NCBI GenBank assembly: GCA_949840465.1
Contig: CATKXE010000006.1
Coordinates: 964-64,963, forward strand
Length of the DNA: 64,000 nt
Direction of reading: 5' to 3'
Origin: an uncultured Lachnospiraceae bacterium
Lineage (GTDB): Bacteria > Bacillota > Clostridia > Lachnospirales > Lachnospiraceae
The notes below the pieces were generated by a model, which searched no databases, was not told the origin of the DNA, and saw only the letters and a list, made by a program, of their open reading frames with translations. The position numbers and the translations under genes were made by a program. Of the stretch, positions 18,639-28,523 are shown piece by piece. How positions within the stretch are numbered: the first letter of the stretch is position 1; each line of letters opens with the position of its first letter.

Positions 18639-20723
18639 TCAGTTGGGGGCGCCGCTGCTGACGATCAGGCCGACAGTAGAACCCTGCTGCGCCTGCCCGG
18701 TTACAGTCTGGGAAATCACATACCCTTCACTCAGTGTATAACTGGTATCATATCCCACAACACTTCCAGAAAGCCCTGCCTGTGACAACATGCTCATAGC
18801 CCGATCCACTGACCAGCTTTCTACGTCCGGCACTTCCACATACTGAAGCGGGCGGTTAGCAGATGAATTATTGCCGGGATTGGGTTCCTCAGGCTCCTCG
18901 GGTTCCTCGGGTTCCTCCTCAGGCTCTTTCCCTTTACTTACGGTAAAAGAGACTACGGTTCCCTTAGCTACCCTTGACCCTCCTGCCGGGCTCTGGCCGA
19001 TGATCTGCCCTTCCGGATATTCATCACTGAATTCTTCGCCAGCCAGACTTCCTGAAAGCTGCGCGCTGGCAAGCAGTCCCGATGCCTCGTCCGCATTCCT
19101 TCCAATCAGGTTCGGAACCACAACCTTGTCTGTACCCTTGCTTACATAGAGGACGATCTTCGTGCCTTCTACCACTTCCGCTCCTGCACTTGGGGCAGAA
19201 GTAATGACCTTGCCATTCTCTACGTTGTCATCGCTCTTATATTCCACTTCCGGCACCAGTCCACTGTTTGTGATCATCTTTTTTGCGGCTTCCACATCCT
19301 GTCCTGCCACATCCGGCACTTTCTTTTTCTGAGCAGTCTTACCGGTGCTGACCACGACTTTTACTTCTGTATTTACATCCACCACTTCATCCATGGATGG
19401 CGTGTGACGGATAATCTCGCCCCTCTCAAATTCTTCGGAAGGTACTCTGTCCTCTATTCCATAGCCAAGACCGATCTCTGAAAGGGCTTTCTTCGCCTCT
19501 TCCTCCGTCTTCCCGACCAGATCAGGCACACTCACCTTCTCGGCCTCCTTCTCATCTTCAACCACAGGGTTCTTTAATTCTATGTTTTTGAGAAAACCGC
19601 CTGCCCTCGCCACCATAAAAATCACCACAAGTGCGATGATTACTGCGGTTAAAATCATCAAAACTTTTAAGATCGTACCGGCGTTGCCGCCATTGTGCCC
19701 TCCACTGCTGTCATACTCGTCATAATCCTCATAGTCATCGTCTTCATAATCCTCATCTTCGTAATCCTCATAATCGTCCCGATCCTCGTAATACTCCTGA
19801 TGAGTGCTGTGGCTTTGAACCCGGCGCTGATCTTCTTCTGACATCATAACCGTCTCGTCCCCCCCAGGTGTATATTCTGGATTATTCACAAAGTCTCCGT
19901 CCGGATCAACCATGGAACGCTTCAAATCCATGATCAGTTCCTGGCAATTCTGATACCGGTGCGCCGCATTCTTCTGCGTACATTTCAGAATAATACATTC
20001 CAGGCTGTAAGGGATATCCGGCACTTCCTTCACCGGTGAGGGCACTTCCTCCTGAAGATGCTTGATTGCCACAGTAACCGTAGACTCCCCGTCGAATGGC
20101 ACATGCCCGGTCACCATCTCATACATGGTAATACCGGCCGAATAGATATCGCTCTTTTCGTCCACGACGCCGCCCTATGCATGCTCCGGTGAAGTATAAT
20201 GTACAGACCCCATCACATTGGTGCTGATCGTATGTGTCGCGGTAGTTGCCCTTGCGATTCCAAAATCTGTCACCTTCACCTTGCCGTCTTTGGAAATCAT
20301 GATATTCTGCGGCTTAATGTCCCGATGGATAATATGCTGGTTATGAGCCGCCTGAATCCCGGTGGCCATCTGGATCGAGATACTGATCGTCTCATTGACG
20401 GAAAGCTGACCCTTTTTTTCAATATAATCCTTCAGTGTGATCCCTTCTACCAGTTCCATGACCATATAATATAAGCCCCGGTCCTGTCCTACGTCATAAA
20501 CGTTCACCACATTCGGATGCATGAGTCCGGCCGCTGCCTGTGCCTCGCTCAAAAACTTCTGAATAAATACTTCGTCTGAGCGGTAATCGCTTTTGAGTAC
20601 CTTCACCGCAACATGACGGTTCAGCTTGTGATCCTTCCCCTTATAAACGTCTGCCATTCCCCCTGAACCAATACGTTCAAGAATCTCATAACGTTTTCCT
20701 AAAAAAATGCCTTCCTTTAACAT
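18639..20723 (-). pseudogene. prkC: PASTA-domain Ser/Thr kinase PrkC/PknB, interrupted by in-frame TAG at codon 183 (20175-20177)
   Basis: ORFs 20175..20723 and 18639..20165 are in the same frame and read ...GSVHYTSPEHA*GGVVDEKSDIYS. Kinase motifs GSGGMADVY, VAVK, HRDIKPQN, DFG; one TM helix; about four PASTA repeats. Confidence 0.85.
18882..18926 (-). repeat. coding tandem repeat (PEEEPEEPEEPEEP) in prkC
   Basis: Imperfect 9-bp units ggttcctcg. Confidence 0.8.
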
Positions 20724-21460
20724 ATACTCACCTCATCCGTAAACGGTTCCGTCAGCACGATCCCGATATTATCTGTGCCGCCGTTTTCTTTTGCCGCTTC
20801 TACAAGGGATGTCCCTGCTTCCACGATATCCCTTCCCCCCTGCACAATATGGAAAAGCTCTTCATCCTCCACCATATTGCTAAGCCCGTCCGTACACATC
20901 AGTATAATGTCTCCCTTCTTCAGACGGTGCTCATAAAAATCCACATCCACTGTATCCTTCGCACCGATCGCACGGGTAATGATATTTTTATCCGGATGGT
21001 GTTTCGCCTCCTCCGGCTTGATTCCTCCGAGGCGGACCATCTCTTCCACCAGCGAGTGATCCTTGGTAAGCTGCGTAATTCCCTGATTGATCAAATACAG
21101 GCGGCTGTCTCCTACGTTTGCGAAATACATCATCTGATTTAAGATCGTCGCCACAACAACCGTCGTGCCCATCCCTTTTAGATGGGAATCCTGAGATGCC
21201 TTTTTTATAATCTCCTCGTTTGCCTTTTTAATGGCGGAGACAATCGCCTTCTCCACATCTTCTTCATTGCTCTGAGCCAGTTCTCTTTTCAGAACCTCCA
21301 CTGTATATTTTGAAGCATAATCTCCGGCCTGATGGCCGCCCATCCCATCTGCCACTACAAATAGATTTGGAAGAGGCCCCAACGGATTGCCTGTCGTATA
21401 GACATAGTCCTGATTCACCTGTCTTACCATACCTACGTCGGTTATTGAAAATGTCTTCAT
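20717..21460 (-). CDS. stp: PP2C-type Ser/Thr phosphatase Stp1/PrpC
   Basis: VADGMGGH, MGTT, NVGDSR, CTDGL, GGTDNI. Confidence 0.95.
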   Translation of the reverse strand: MKTFSITDVGMVRQVNQDYVYTTGNPLGPLPNLFVVADGMGGHQAGDYASKYTVEVLKRELAQSNEEDVEKAIVSAIKKANEEIIKKASQDSHLKGMGTTVVVATILNQMMYFANVGDSRLYLINQGITQLTKDHSLVEEMVRLGGIKPEEAKHHPDKNIITRAIGAKDTVDVDFYEHRLKKGDIILMCTDGLSNMVEDEELFHIVQGGRDIVEAGTSLVEAAKENGGTDNIGIVLTEPFTDEVSIC

Positions 21461-21584
21461 ATCTGCCTCCTCTATCCAGCTCCCGGCAACAAGTTCATAA
21501 ACCCTCTTTGTATCAAGCCGTGCTCTGTGGAACTGCTTTTTTCTAAACTCCCTGCCCAGTGCAGGTATCTGGCTGCCCCAGCGT

Positions 21585-22616
21585 TCAGTCCTGTAAATAA
21601 CGTCTTCTCAGCTGGCCGCAGGCTCCATCGATGTCTGCGCCCATTTCCCTTCTTATAGTAACATTTATTCCACTTTTTTCAAGTTTATTTTTGAAATTCT
21701 GTGCATTTTTACTGGCAGGCCTCGTAAAATTACGTTCTTTTACTGAATTTACGGGGATTAAATTCAGATGGCAATTTCTGGGTTTCAGGATGGCCGTCAG
21801 ATCCTGTATGTCTTTTTCTGTATCGTTGACCCCATGGATCAGGCTGTACTCAAAAGTCATCCGTCTCCCGGTCTCCTGAAAATAACTGTCACAGGCATTC
21901 AATACTTCCTCCAGTCCGTATGCATCCGCTACAGGCATCAGCTCCCGCCTTTTCTCCTGCGTCGCACCGTGGAGGGAGAGGGCAAGCGTAATCTGTAAAT
22001 GCTCCTTAGCCAGTTCATAGATTTTAGGCACAATTCCGCAGGTAGAAACGGTGATGCTGCGCTGGCTGATATTGAGCCCGTGCTCGCCCGAAAGTATTTT
22101 CAGAAACAACAGGAGATTCCGATAATTATCCAATGGCTCCCCGGTTCCCATGACTACCACGTTGGAAACCCTCTCCCCTGTGATCTTCTGAATCTGATAG
22201 ACCTGGCCGAGCATTTCTGATGCCGAAAGATTCCGCTTTAGCCCGCCGATGCCGGAAGCACAGAATCTGCATCCCATACGGCACCCTGCCTGCGAGGAGA
22301 TACAGACGGAATTGCCATGGTGGTAACGCATCAGGACGCTTTCCACCATATTGCCGTCATGGAGCCCAAACAGGAATTTCATGGTACCGTCCAACCGGGA
22401 TTCCTGTCTCTCAATCATAGTGACAGGAAGAATCACGTAAGATTCCCGCAGACGATCCTGAAGATTTTTCGGTATATTCCGCATTTCCGAAAAATCTTCC
22501 ACAAGCTTTCCATGCAGCCATTCATAAATCTGTCTTGCCCTGAACTTCGGTTCCCCAAAGGCCTGCATCTCTGACTCTAATTGTTCATATGTATATGCAC
22601 AGATATCTTTTTTCAT
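21585..22616 (-). CDS. rlmN: 23S rRNA/tRNA m2A methyltransferase
   Basis: Radical SAM CRMGCRFC, MGTGEP, GACGQL. Start reassigned to MKKDI. Confidence 0.95.
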   Translation of the reverse strand: MKKDICAYTYEQLESEMQAFGEPKFRARQIYEWLHGKLVEDFSEMRNIPKNLQDRLRESYVILPVTMIERQESRLDGTMKFLFGLHDGNMVESVLMRYHHGNSVCISSQAGCRMGCRFCASGIGGLKRNLSASEMLGQVYQIQKITGERVSNVVVMGTGEPLDNYRNLLLFLKILSGEHGLNISQRSITVSTCGIVPKIYELAKEHLQITLALSLHGATQEKRRELMPVADAYGLEEVLNACDSYFQETGRRMTFEYSLIHGVNDTEKDIQDLTAILKPRNCHLNLIPVNSVKERNFTRPASKNAQNFKNKLEKSGINVTIRREMGADIDGACGQLRRRYLQD

Positions 22617-22635
22617 GCTTTCCTTTTCTCTTCCA

Positions 22636-24000
22636 TTATTTAGCTGCCCTCTGGAAACAGGCCAGAAAAAAACCGTCGCTTTTATGAATGCCGGGGAGCA
22701 GCTGCAGGCATCCTCTTTCCTGTACGGCACTTTTTAATTCCTCACAAAGCCTGTCCCGGATATCCTGAAGTGAATACTCCGGATACTGCGCCAAAAACCA
22801 ATGGACATTCTCCATATTTTCCGCCGGATTGACTGTACAGGTACTATACACCAGTGTCCCGCCCGGCTTTACATATGCCTTCACCACAGAGAGAATCTCT
22901 CTCTGAAGCCTTACAAGGCTTTCCATGCTTTCCTCTGTGACCCTGTATTTTAAATCCGTCTTCTTCCCCAGCACACCTAAACCGGAACACGGCAGATCGG
23001 CAACCACAATGTCTGCTTTCCCCACCGAAGCGGCATCCTCTATCCGGGCATCCATCTGTACGGCCCTGATATTGGAAAGCCCGGCTCTCTCAATGGCCTC
23101 CTGGATCAGCCCCACTTTATATGCGGTCAGATCCCGCGCCTCTACAAACCCTGTCCCTTGTAATTTTTCCGCAATCTGCAGAGCCTTGCCGCCCGGCGCC
23201 GCGCACACGTCAAATACCGTATCGCCGGACTGTACGGCCGAAACCTCACAGACTAACATGGAACTCACATCCTGCACCGAAAACCTGCCTTCACGGAAAC
23301 TTTCCAAATCCCCCAGATAGTCATATCCGGAAATCCAGAATGCATAAGGAAGATAGGGATGGTTCTGCATCTGCGCTCCCTCTGCTTCCAGACGTTTCCT
23401 CAGAACTTCCGCTTCCCCAACGGCGTCTGCATGATCCAGCCGGCTGCGGATCGTCAGAGGCTTCTCCTGCTGAAAATCGTTCAGCATAGTCTCTACAGCC
23501 TGTAACCCAAACTCAGGAATCCAGAGTTCCAGAATCCACACAGGCATGGAATACTGCACAGACAGCCGCCCTACAGTATCTTTTGGATACTGCACCTGGC
23601 CTAGATTCCTGGCTGTACTGCGCAGAACCCCGTTTACGAATCCCCGAAGGCCTCCGAACCCTTTTTTCACTGCCAGTTTCACCGCCTCATTGCAGACGGC
23701 GGAGTCCGGCACGGTATCCATATATTTTAACTGATAGACTGCACTCCGCAAAATATTGCGGATCACAGGCTTCATCTTCCGCACCTTTACTTTTGAGAAC
23801 CAGTCCAAAATGTAGTCCAGTTCCATCATATGCTCCAACGTGCCCTCTGTTACCCTGGTGATAAACGCCCGTTCCTTTTTGTCCAGATACTGATATTTAC
23901 CAAGGACATCCCTAAGGACATGATGGCTGTACTGGCCGTGTTCTGTCACTTCCATGAGGATTCCCAGCACCAGTTCTCTCTCACCGATTGCTTTCGCCAT
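22636..24000 (-). CDS. rsmB: 16S rRNA m5C967 methyltransferase
   Basis: NusB-like N-terminus, DVCAAPGGK, DLPCSGLG, VYSTCT. Confidence 0.95.
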   Translation of the reverse strand: MAKAIGERELVLGILMEVTEHGQYSHHVLRDVLGKYQYLDKKERAFITRVTEGTLEHMMELDYILDWFSKVKVRKMKPVIRNILRSAVYQLKYMDTVPDSAVCNEAVKLAVKKGFGGLRGFVNGVLRSTARNLGQVQYPKDTVGRLSVQYSMPVWILELWIPEFGLQAVETMLNDFQQEKPLTIRSRLDHADAVGEAEVLRKRLEAEGAQMQNHPYLPYAFWISGYDYLGDLESFREGRFSVQDVSSMLVCEVSAVQSGDTVFDVCAAPGGKALQIAEKLQGTGFVEARDLTAYKVGLIQEAIERAGLSNIRAVQMDARIEDAASVGKADIVVADLPCSGLGVLGKKTDLKYRVTEESMESLVRLQREILSVVKAYVKPGGTLVYSTCTVNPAENMENVHWFLAQYPEYSLQDIRDRLCEELKSAVQERGCLQLLPGIHKSDGFFLACFQRAAK

Positions 24001-24025
24001 CTCAAACCTCCGACAAAAAAGCCTG

Positions 24026-24727
24026 TCAATTCCCCCTTCTGCGGTTTCCTAAAATAACCAGCCTGAGAAGCTGCAGGACCGCAGACGCAGCGCTTGCCAC
24101 ATAAGTAAGGGCTGCAGCGCTTAACACGGCTTTGGTCTGTTTCACTTCTTCGGGATAAAGCATTCCTGTTTTCTCCAATACCTTCACGGCTCGGGCAGAG
24201 GCGTTGAATTCTACCGGCAGCGTTATGATCTGGAACAACACTGCCGCAGAAAACAGCAGAATTCCCAGATCAATCAACAACAGGGCTGACCTGCTGTTGA
24301 TCACCAGCCCGATTAAAATAAGCGGCCACGCAAGCGTAGAACCAAAATTCGCTACCGGAACCAGGGCGCCGCGGATCTGCAGCGGCATATACCCGGTAGC
24401 ATGCTGCACCGCATGGCCGCATTCATGAGCCGCCACACCAATAGCCGCCACAGAAGCGGAGCCATAGGTAGAATCAGACAAGCCCAACGTCTTATTCCTG
24501 GGATCATAGTGATCCGTCAGATTTCCGGGAATATGCCTCACCTGTACGTCATAAAGCCCGTTTGCCCGCAGTATTTTCTCCGCAGCTTCCTTCCCTGTCA
24601 TCCCGGAATGGCTCCGGACAGTAGAATATCTGCGGAACACACTGTTCACGCGGGAAGAAGCCAGCATACAGACTGCCACCCCGATCAAAACTAAAATGTA
24701 TGTTGAATCAAATCCAAAATAAGGCAT
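24026..24727 (-). CDS. YugP-like membrane zinc metallopeptidase
   Basis: DHYDP, AAHECGHAVQH, LPVEFNAS, AAALTYVA. Confidence 0.9.
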   Translation of the reverse strand: MPYFGFDSTYILVLIGVAVCMLASSRVNSVFRRYSTVRSHSGMTGKEAAEKILRANGLYDVQVRHIPGNLTDHYDPRNKTLGLSDSTYGSASVAAIGVAAHECGHAVQHATGYMPLQIRGALVPVANFGSTLAWPLILIGLVINSRSALLLIDLGILLFSAAVLFQIITLPVEFNASARAVKVLEKTGMLYPEEVKQTKAVLSAAALTYVASAASAVLQLLRLVILGNRRRGN

Positions 24728-24728
24728 C

Positions 24729-25682
24729 TCAATCTCCTCCATCCAATACGGTTCCTGCGCTCAATGCATTTCCTCTCAGGAATGCCCCCGCATCCATCCG
24801 CTTCTTTCCCTGAAGCTGAACCTCCTCCACACGCAAAATCCCTTCTCCTGTCTGAACCAGAAAAAAATCTTTTCCGACTTTGAGGACTGTTCCCGGCTTT
24901 GCCTGCTCCATAGTATTTCCGGTTTCTTCGGATTTCACTCTGGCTTTCCAGATTTTTACCACCTTCTTGTTCCAGCAGGTATACGCGCTGGGCCAGGAAT
25001 TCAGACCCCGCACCAGCCGCTCGATCTGGACGGCAGGCCGGCTCCAGTCAATATTTCCCATCTCTTTATCAAGCATTTTTGCATAGGGAGTGGGGCTTTC
25101 CCCCTGCTTTACCGGGCAGAGCGTCCCGGCCTCCAATGCCTTTAATGTCTCTGCCGCAAGCCTGGCGCCGGCTTTTGCCAGCTTATCATGAAGCGTCTCT
25201 GCCGTCTCCTCCGGCGTAATAGGCACCTCGGCCTTCAGAAGCATATCCCCGGTATCCAGCCCTTCATCCATCTGCATGGTGGTCACGCCTGTCACCTGCT
25301 CCCCGGCAAGAATTGCCCATTGGATAGGGGCTGCCCCCCGGTATTTCGGCAGCAGGGATGCATGCACATTGATGCATCCATAGGGAGTCATCTTAAGGAT
25401 CTCTTTGGGCAGGATCTGGCCGAACGCCACCACAACGCACACATCTGCCTGAACGCTTTTTAAATATTCCACGCATTGGGGCGTACGCACCCTCTGCGGC
25501 TGAAAAACCGGAATCCCATGCCGCATAGCCGCTTCCTTCACCGGAGTAAACTGCATCTCCTTCCCCCGGCCTTTCGGTTTATCCGGCTGGGTCACGGCAA
25601 GGCAGACCTCATGCCCCGCCTCCACCAGCGCCTCCAACGTCCCCACAGAGAAATCCGGGGTTCCCATAAATATCACCTTCAT
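24729..25682 (-). CDS. fmt: methionyl-tRNA formyltransferase
   Basis: FMGTPDF, VTQPDKPKGRG, NVHASLLPKYRGAAPI. Confidence 0.97.
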   Translation of the reverse strand: MKVIFMGTPDFSVGTLEALVEAGHEVCLAVTQPDKPKGRGKEMQFTPVKEAAMRHGIPVFQPQRVRTPQCVEYLKSVQADVCVVVAFGQILPKEILKMTPYGCINVHASLLPKYRGAAPIQWAILAGEQVTGVTTMQMDEGLDTGDMLLKAEVPITPEETAETLHDKLAKAGARLAAETLKALEAGTLCPVKQGESPTPYAKMLDKEMGNIDWSRPAVQIERLVRGLNSWPSAYTCWNKKVVKIWKARVKSEETGNTMEQAKPGTVLKVGKDFFLVQTGEGILRVEEVQLQGKKRMDAGAFLRGNALSAGTVLDGGD

Positions 25683-25684
25683 AC

Positions 25685-26161
25685 TTACTCCTCGTCCTCC
25701 TCATTGACCGCGTCATGGAGCCCATCCTCTGTCTGGTATACATAGAGACGCCCCGATAAATGGTCGATCTCATGGCACAAGGCTCTGGCTAAAAGTTCTT
25801 CCCCTTCCACTTCGATCTCTTCCATATCCTCATTCAATGCCCGGACCTTTACATAGTTGGGCCTGGTCACGATTCCGTATTTCCCCGGCACGCTTAAACA
25901 TGCCTCCTCCCCTGTCTGGTCGCCGGAAGTTTCCAATATCTCCGGATTGATCAGCACCAGGGGGCCGTCGCCGATATCAATCACCACGATCTGCTTCAAA
26001 ATCCCAACCTGCGGAGCCGCAAGGCCCACCCCGGCTTTTTCATACATCGTGTCCAGCATATCATTAATCAAAATCTTTGTGCGAAGGGTCATCCTGGGGA
26101 CCGCCTTGCATGGTTTTGTCAGAATCTCATCCCCAATCTCGCGAACCTCTCTAATTGCCAT
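25685..26161 (-). CDS. def: peptide deformylase
   Basis: [22 protein letters not shown]. Confidence 0.96.
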   Translation of the reverse strand: MAIREVREIGDEILTKPCKAVPRMTLRTKILINDMLDTMYEKAGVGLAAPQVGILKQIVVIDIGDGPLVLINPEILETSGDQTGEEACLSVPGKYGIVTRPNYVKVRALNEDMEEIEVEGEELLARALCHEIDHLSGRLYVYQTEDGLHDAVNEEDEE

Positions 26162-26256
26162 GATTCCTATATCCTCCTTGATTATTACTCAAAGTAAACC
26201 TCTTTCATTCATGGTAGTGCCAGCATCGCGGGCATGGAGGCTTACTTTTTAACATT

Positions 26257-28485
26257 CTAAAACACCTGCATCGGATTAAAGTCAAACTGAATCCTCATGG
26301 TGTTGAACCCGTCGTTTATTTCAATATACTGCTCGAGCCTGTTCTTCATCTTTACTAGTGTATCATATCTTTTGGCTTTTAGGTAGAGTACTTTTCGATA
26401 TATATCATTTATTTTTCCGATTCCCGGGCTGGCAGGCCCGATCAGCTCCACCTTCTCCTCTTTTGGCACCCGGAGTGCATACTCCTTCAAATAACGGCAT
26501 CCCGTTTCCAGATGCGCCTCATCCTTACAGCTAACCAGCACGGCGAGAAGATTTTCCAAGGGCGGGTACCCCATCAGCTCCCGATAACGGATCTCTTCCT
26601 GATAAAATGCCTCATAATCCTGGGCTGCAGCTGTCACAATGGCATAGTGTTCCGGGCTGTAGGTCTGAATAACCGCCTCCCCCTTTTTTTTCCCACGCCC
26701 CGCACGGCCCGCTGCCTGAGTCAGAAGCTGGAAGGTCCGCTCCCCTGCGCGGTAATCGTCCGTGTACAAAGACATATCCGCCGCAAGGACACCGATCAGG
26801 GTTACATTGGGAAAATCATGCCCTTTGACAATCATCTGGGTTCCTACCAATACATCTGCCTGCTCATTGGCAAATGCAGCCAATATTTTTTCATGCCCGT
26901 CTTTTTCCCGTGTGGTATCCATATCCATGCGCAGCACCCTGGCTCTGGGAAACTGCTGTTTTACGATATCCTCAATCTGCTGGGTTCCTGCCCTGAACTC
27001 CCCGATATGCCTGGATCCGCACTCCGGGCAGGAGCTGTATTTTTCTTCCTCATATCCGCAGTAATGGCAGATCAGCTTTCCGTTTCTGTGGGAGGACAAA
27101 GAGACGTCGCAATGGGGGCATTTTGCCACATAACCGCATTCCCGGCAGGATACAAACCCCGCATAACCCCTGCGGTTCAAAAACAGCATCATCTGTTCCC
27201 CTTTCTCAAGACGGTCCGCCATCAATTCCGTAAGCTTTGTGCTCAAAATCGAACGGTTCCCGTTTTTCATCTCTGCCCGCATATCCACCGTATGTACCCG
27301 GGCCAGCTCCTGCTGCCCGGAACGCATCTTTAATTCCAAAAGCCGGTAAGCCCCTTCCTTTGCACGGTACATGGCCTCCAGGGAAGGGGTCGCCGAGCCC
27401 AGCACGACGCTTGAACGCTCCATTTTTGCCCGCGCGATGGCTGTTTCCCTGGCATGATAGCGGGGCGCCTGCTCACTTTTATACGTATTTTCATGCTCCT
27501 CGTCAATCACCACCAGCCCCAGATCAGGAAAGGGCGTAAACAGCGCCGATCTTGGGCCGATCATCACGTCCACCTTCCCCTCCTTCGCCCGCATCATCTG
27601 GTCGTACCGTTCCCCTGCGGACAAGCGGGAATTCATGATAGAAACCCGGTCGCCGAAGGTCCGGTAGAACCGCATGACGGTCTGGAATGTGAGGGCAATT
27701 TCCGGGATCAGGACGATTGCCTGCCTCCCTGTCCCCACCACCCTGCGGATCATCTCCATATAGACTTCTGTCTTGCCGCTCCCGGTCACGCCGTGGATCA
27801 GGTAGGTTCCATGCCGCCCCTTCTGATAGTCTTCCCAGAACTGTTCCACTGCATACCTTTGCTCTTCTGTAAAGATAATCTGCTTTTGCGGCTGCCCGCA
27901 CTCCTTCACCGGATTGCGGTATACCCGCTCCGATTCCAGTACAGCCACCCCCTGGTCTTCCAGGGCGCGGACCACAGAAAGGGTGATGTTCAATTTCCTG
28001 TTGACAAGCTCATAATCCAACTCCCCGGCGTCCAAAAGCGCTGCCAGCAATCTGGCTCTTGCCCGCTGGTTTTTCTCCAGATAAAATTCCAGCTTTTTCC
28101 TGCCTTCCCTCTCGTCGAGAAGAAGGCGGATCTTCTTTTTTACCTTTTCCTTTTCCTGGCGCCGGATTGGCAGGACCGTCTTCAACGCCTGAATCATTGT
28201 ACCGCCATAATGGTTCTTCATCCATGCCGCAAGCGCCACAAGTTTCCCCTCAATGGCGATGCCTTCCCGGGAAATCTCCTGAATTGCCTTGATCTTAGAC
28301 GGATCATAATCACAGGCTTCGGAAAATCCGATCACATACCCTTTTGTCAGACGGTTTCCTTTTCCAAAGGGAACCACCACTTCCATCCCCGGGGAAAGTA
28401 CGTTTTCCAGCTCCAAAGGAATCCTGTATTGAAAGATTTTATCCAGTTTTTCATGGGTGATATCTATGATAATATTTGCAAACAT
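26257..28485 (-). CDS. priA: primosomal protein N'
   Basis: GVTGSGKTE, DEEH, Cys-rich CRECG/CPHC/CHYC/CPEC, GTQMIVKGHDF. Confidence 0.97.
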   Translation of the reverse strand: MFANIIIDITHEKLDKIFQYRIPLELENVLSPGMEVVVPFGKGNRLTKGYVIGFSEACDYDPSKIKAIQEISREGIAIEGKLVALAAWMKNHYGGTMIQALKTVLPIRRQEKEKVKKKIRLLLDEREGRKKLEFYLEKNQRARARLLAALLDAGELDYELVNRKLNITLSVVRALEDQGVAVLESERVYRNPVKECGQPQKQIIFTEEQRYAVEQFWEDYQKGRHGTYLIHGVTGSGKTEVYMEMIRRVVGTGRQAIVLIPEIALTFQTVMRFYRTFGDRVSIMNSRLSAGERYDQMMRAKEGKVDVMIGPRSALFTPFPDLGLVVIDEEHENTYKSEQAPRYHARETAIARAKMERSSVVLGSATPSLEAMYRAKEGAYRLLELKMRSGQQELARVHTVDMRAEMKNGNRSILSTKLTELMADRLEKGEQMMLFLNRRGYAGFVSCRECGYVAKCPHCDVSLSSHRNGKLICHYCGYEEEKYSSCPECGSRHIGEFRAGTQQIEDIVKQQFPRARVLRMDMDTTREKDGHEKILAAFANEQADVLVGTQMIVKGHDFPNVTLIGVLAADMSLYTDDYRAGERTFQLLTQAAGRAGRGKKKGEAVIQTYSPEHYAIVTAAAQDYEAFYQEEIRYRELMGYPPLENLLAVLVSCKDEAHLETGCRYLKEYALRVPKEEKVELIGPASPGIGKINDIYRKVLYLKAKRYDTLVKMKNRLEQYIEINDGFNTMRIQFDFNPMQVF

Positions 28486-28523
28486 GAAGATCCTTTCTGA
28501 TTACTTCCCTCTTCTGGCGCGGG

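Noticed and set aside
16402-28485. priA-to-thiN gene cluster as a novel system
   Set aside because: This order is a well-known conserved Firmicute cluster.
27454-28500. 348-aa plus-strand ORF
   Set aside because: Antisense shadow of priA.
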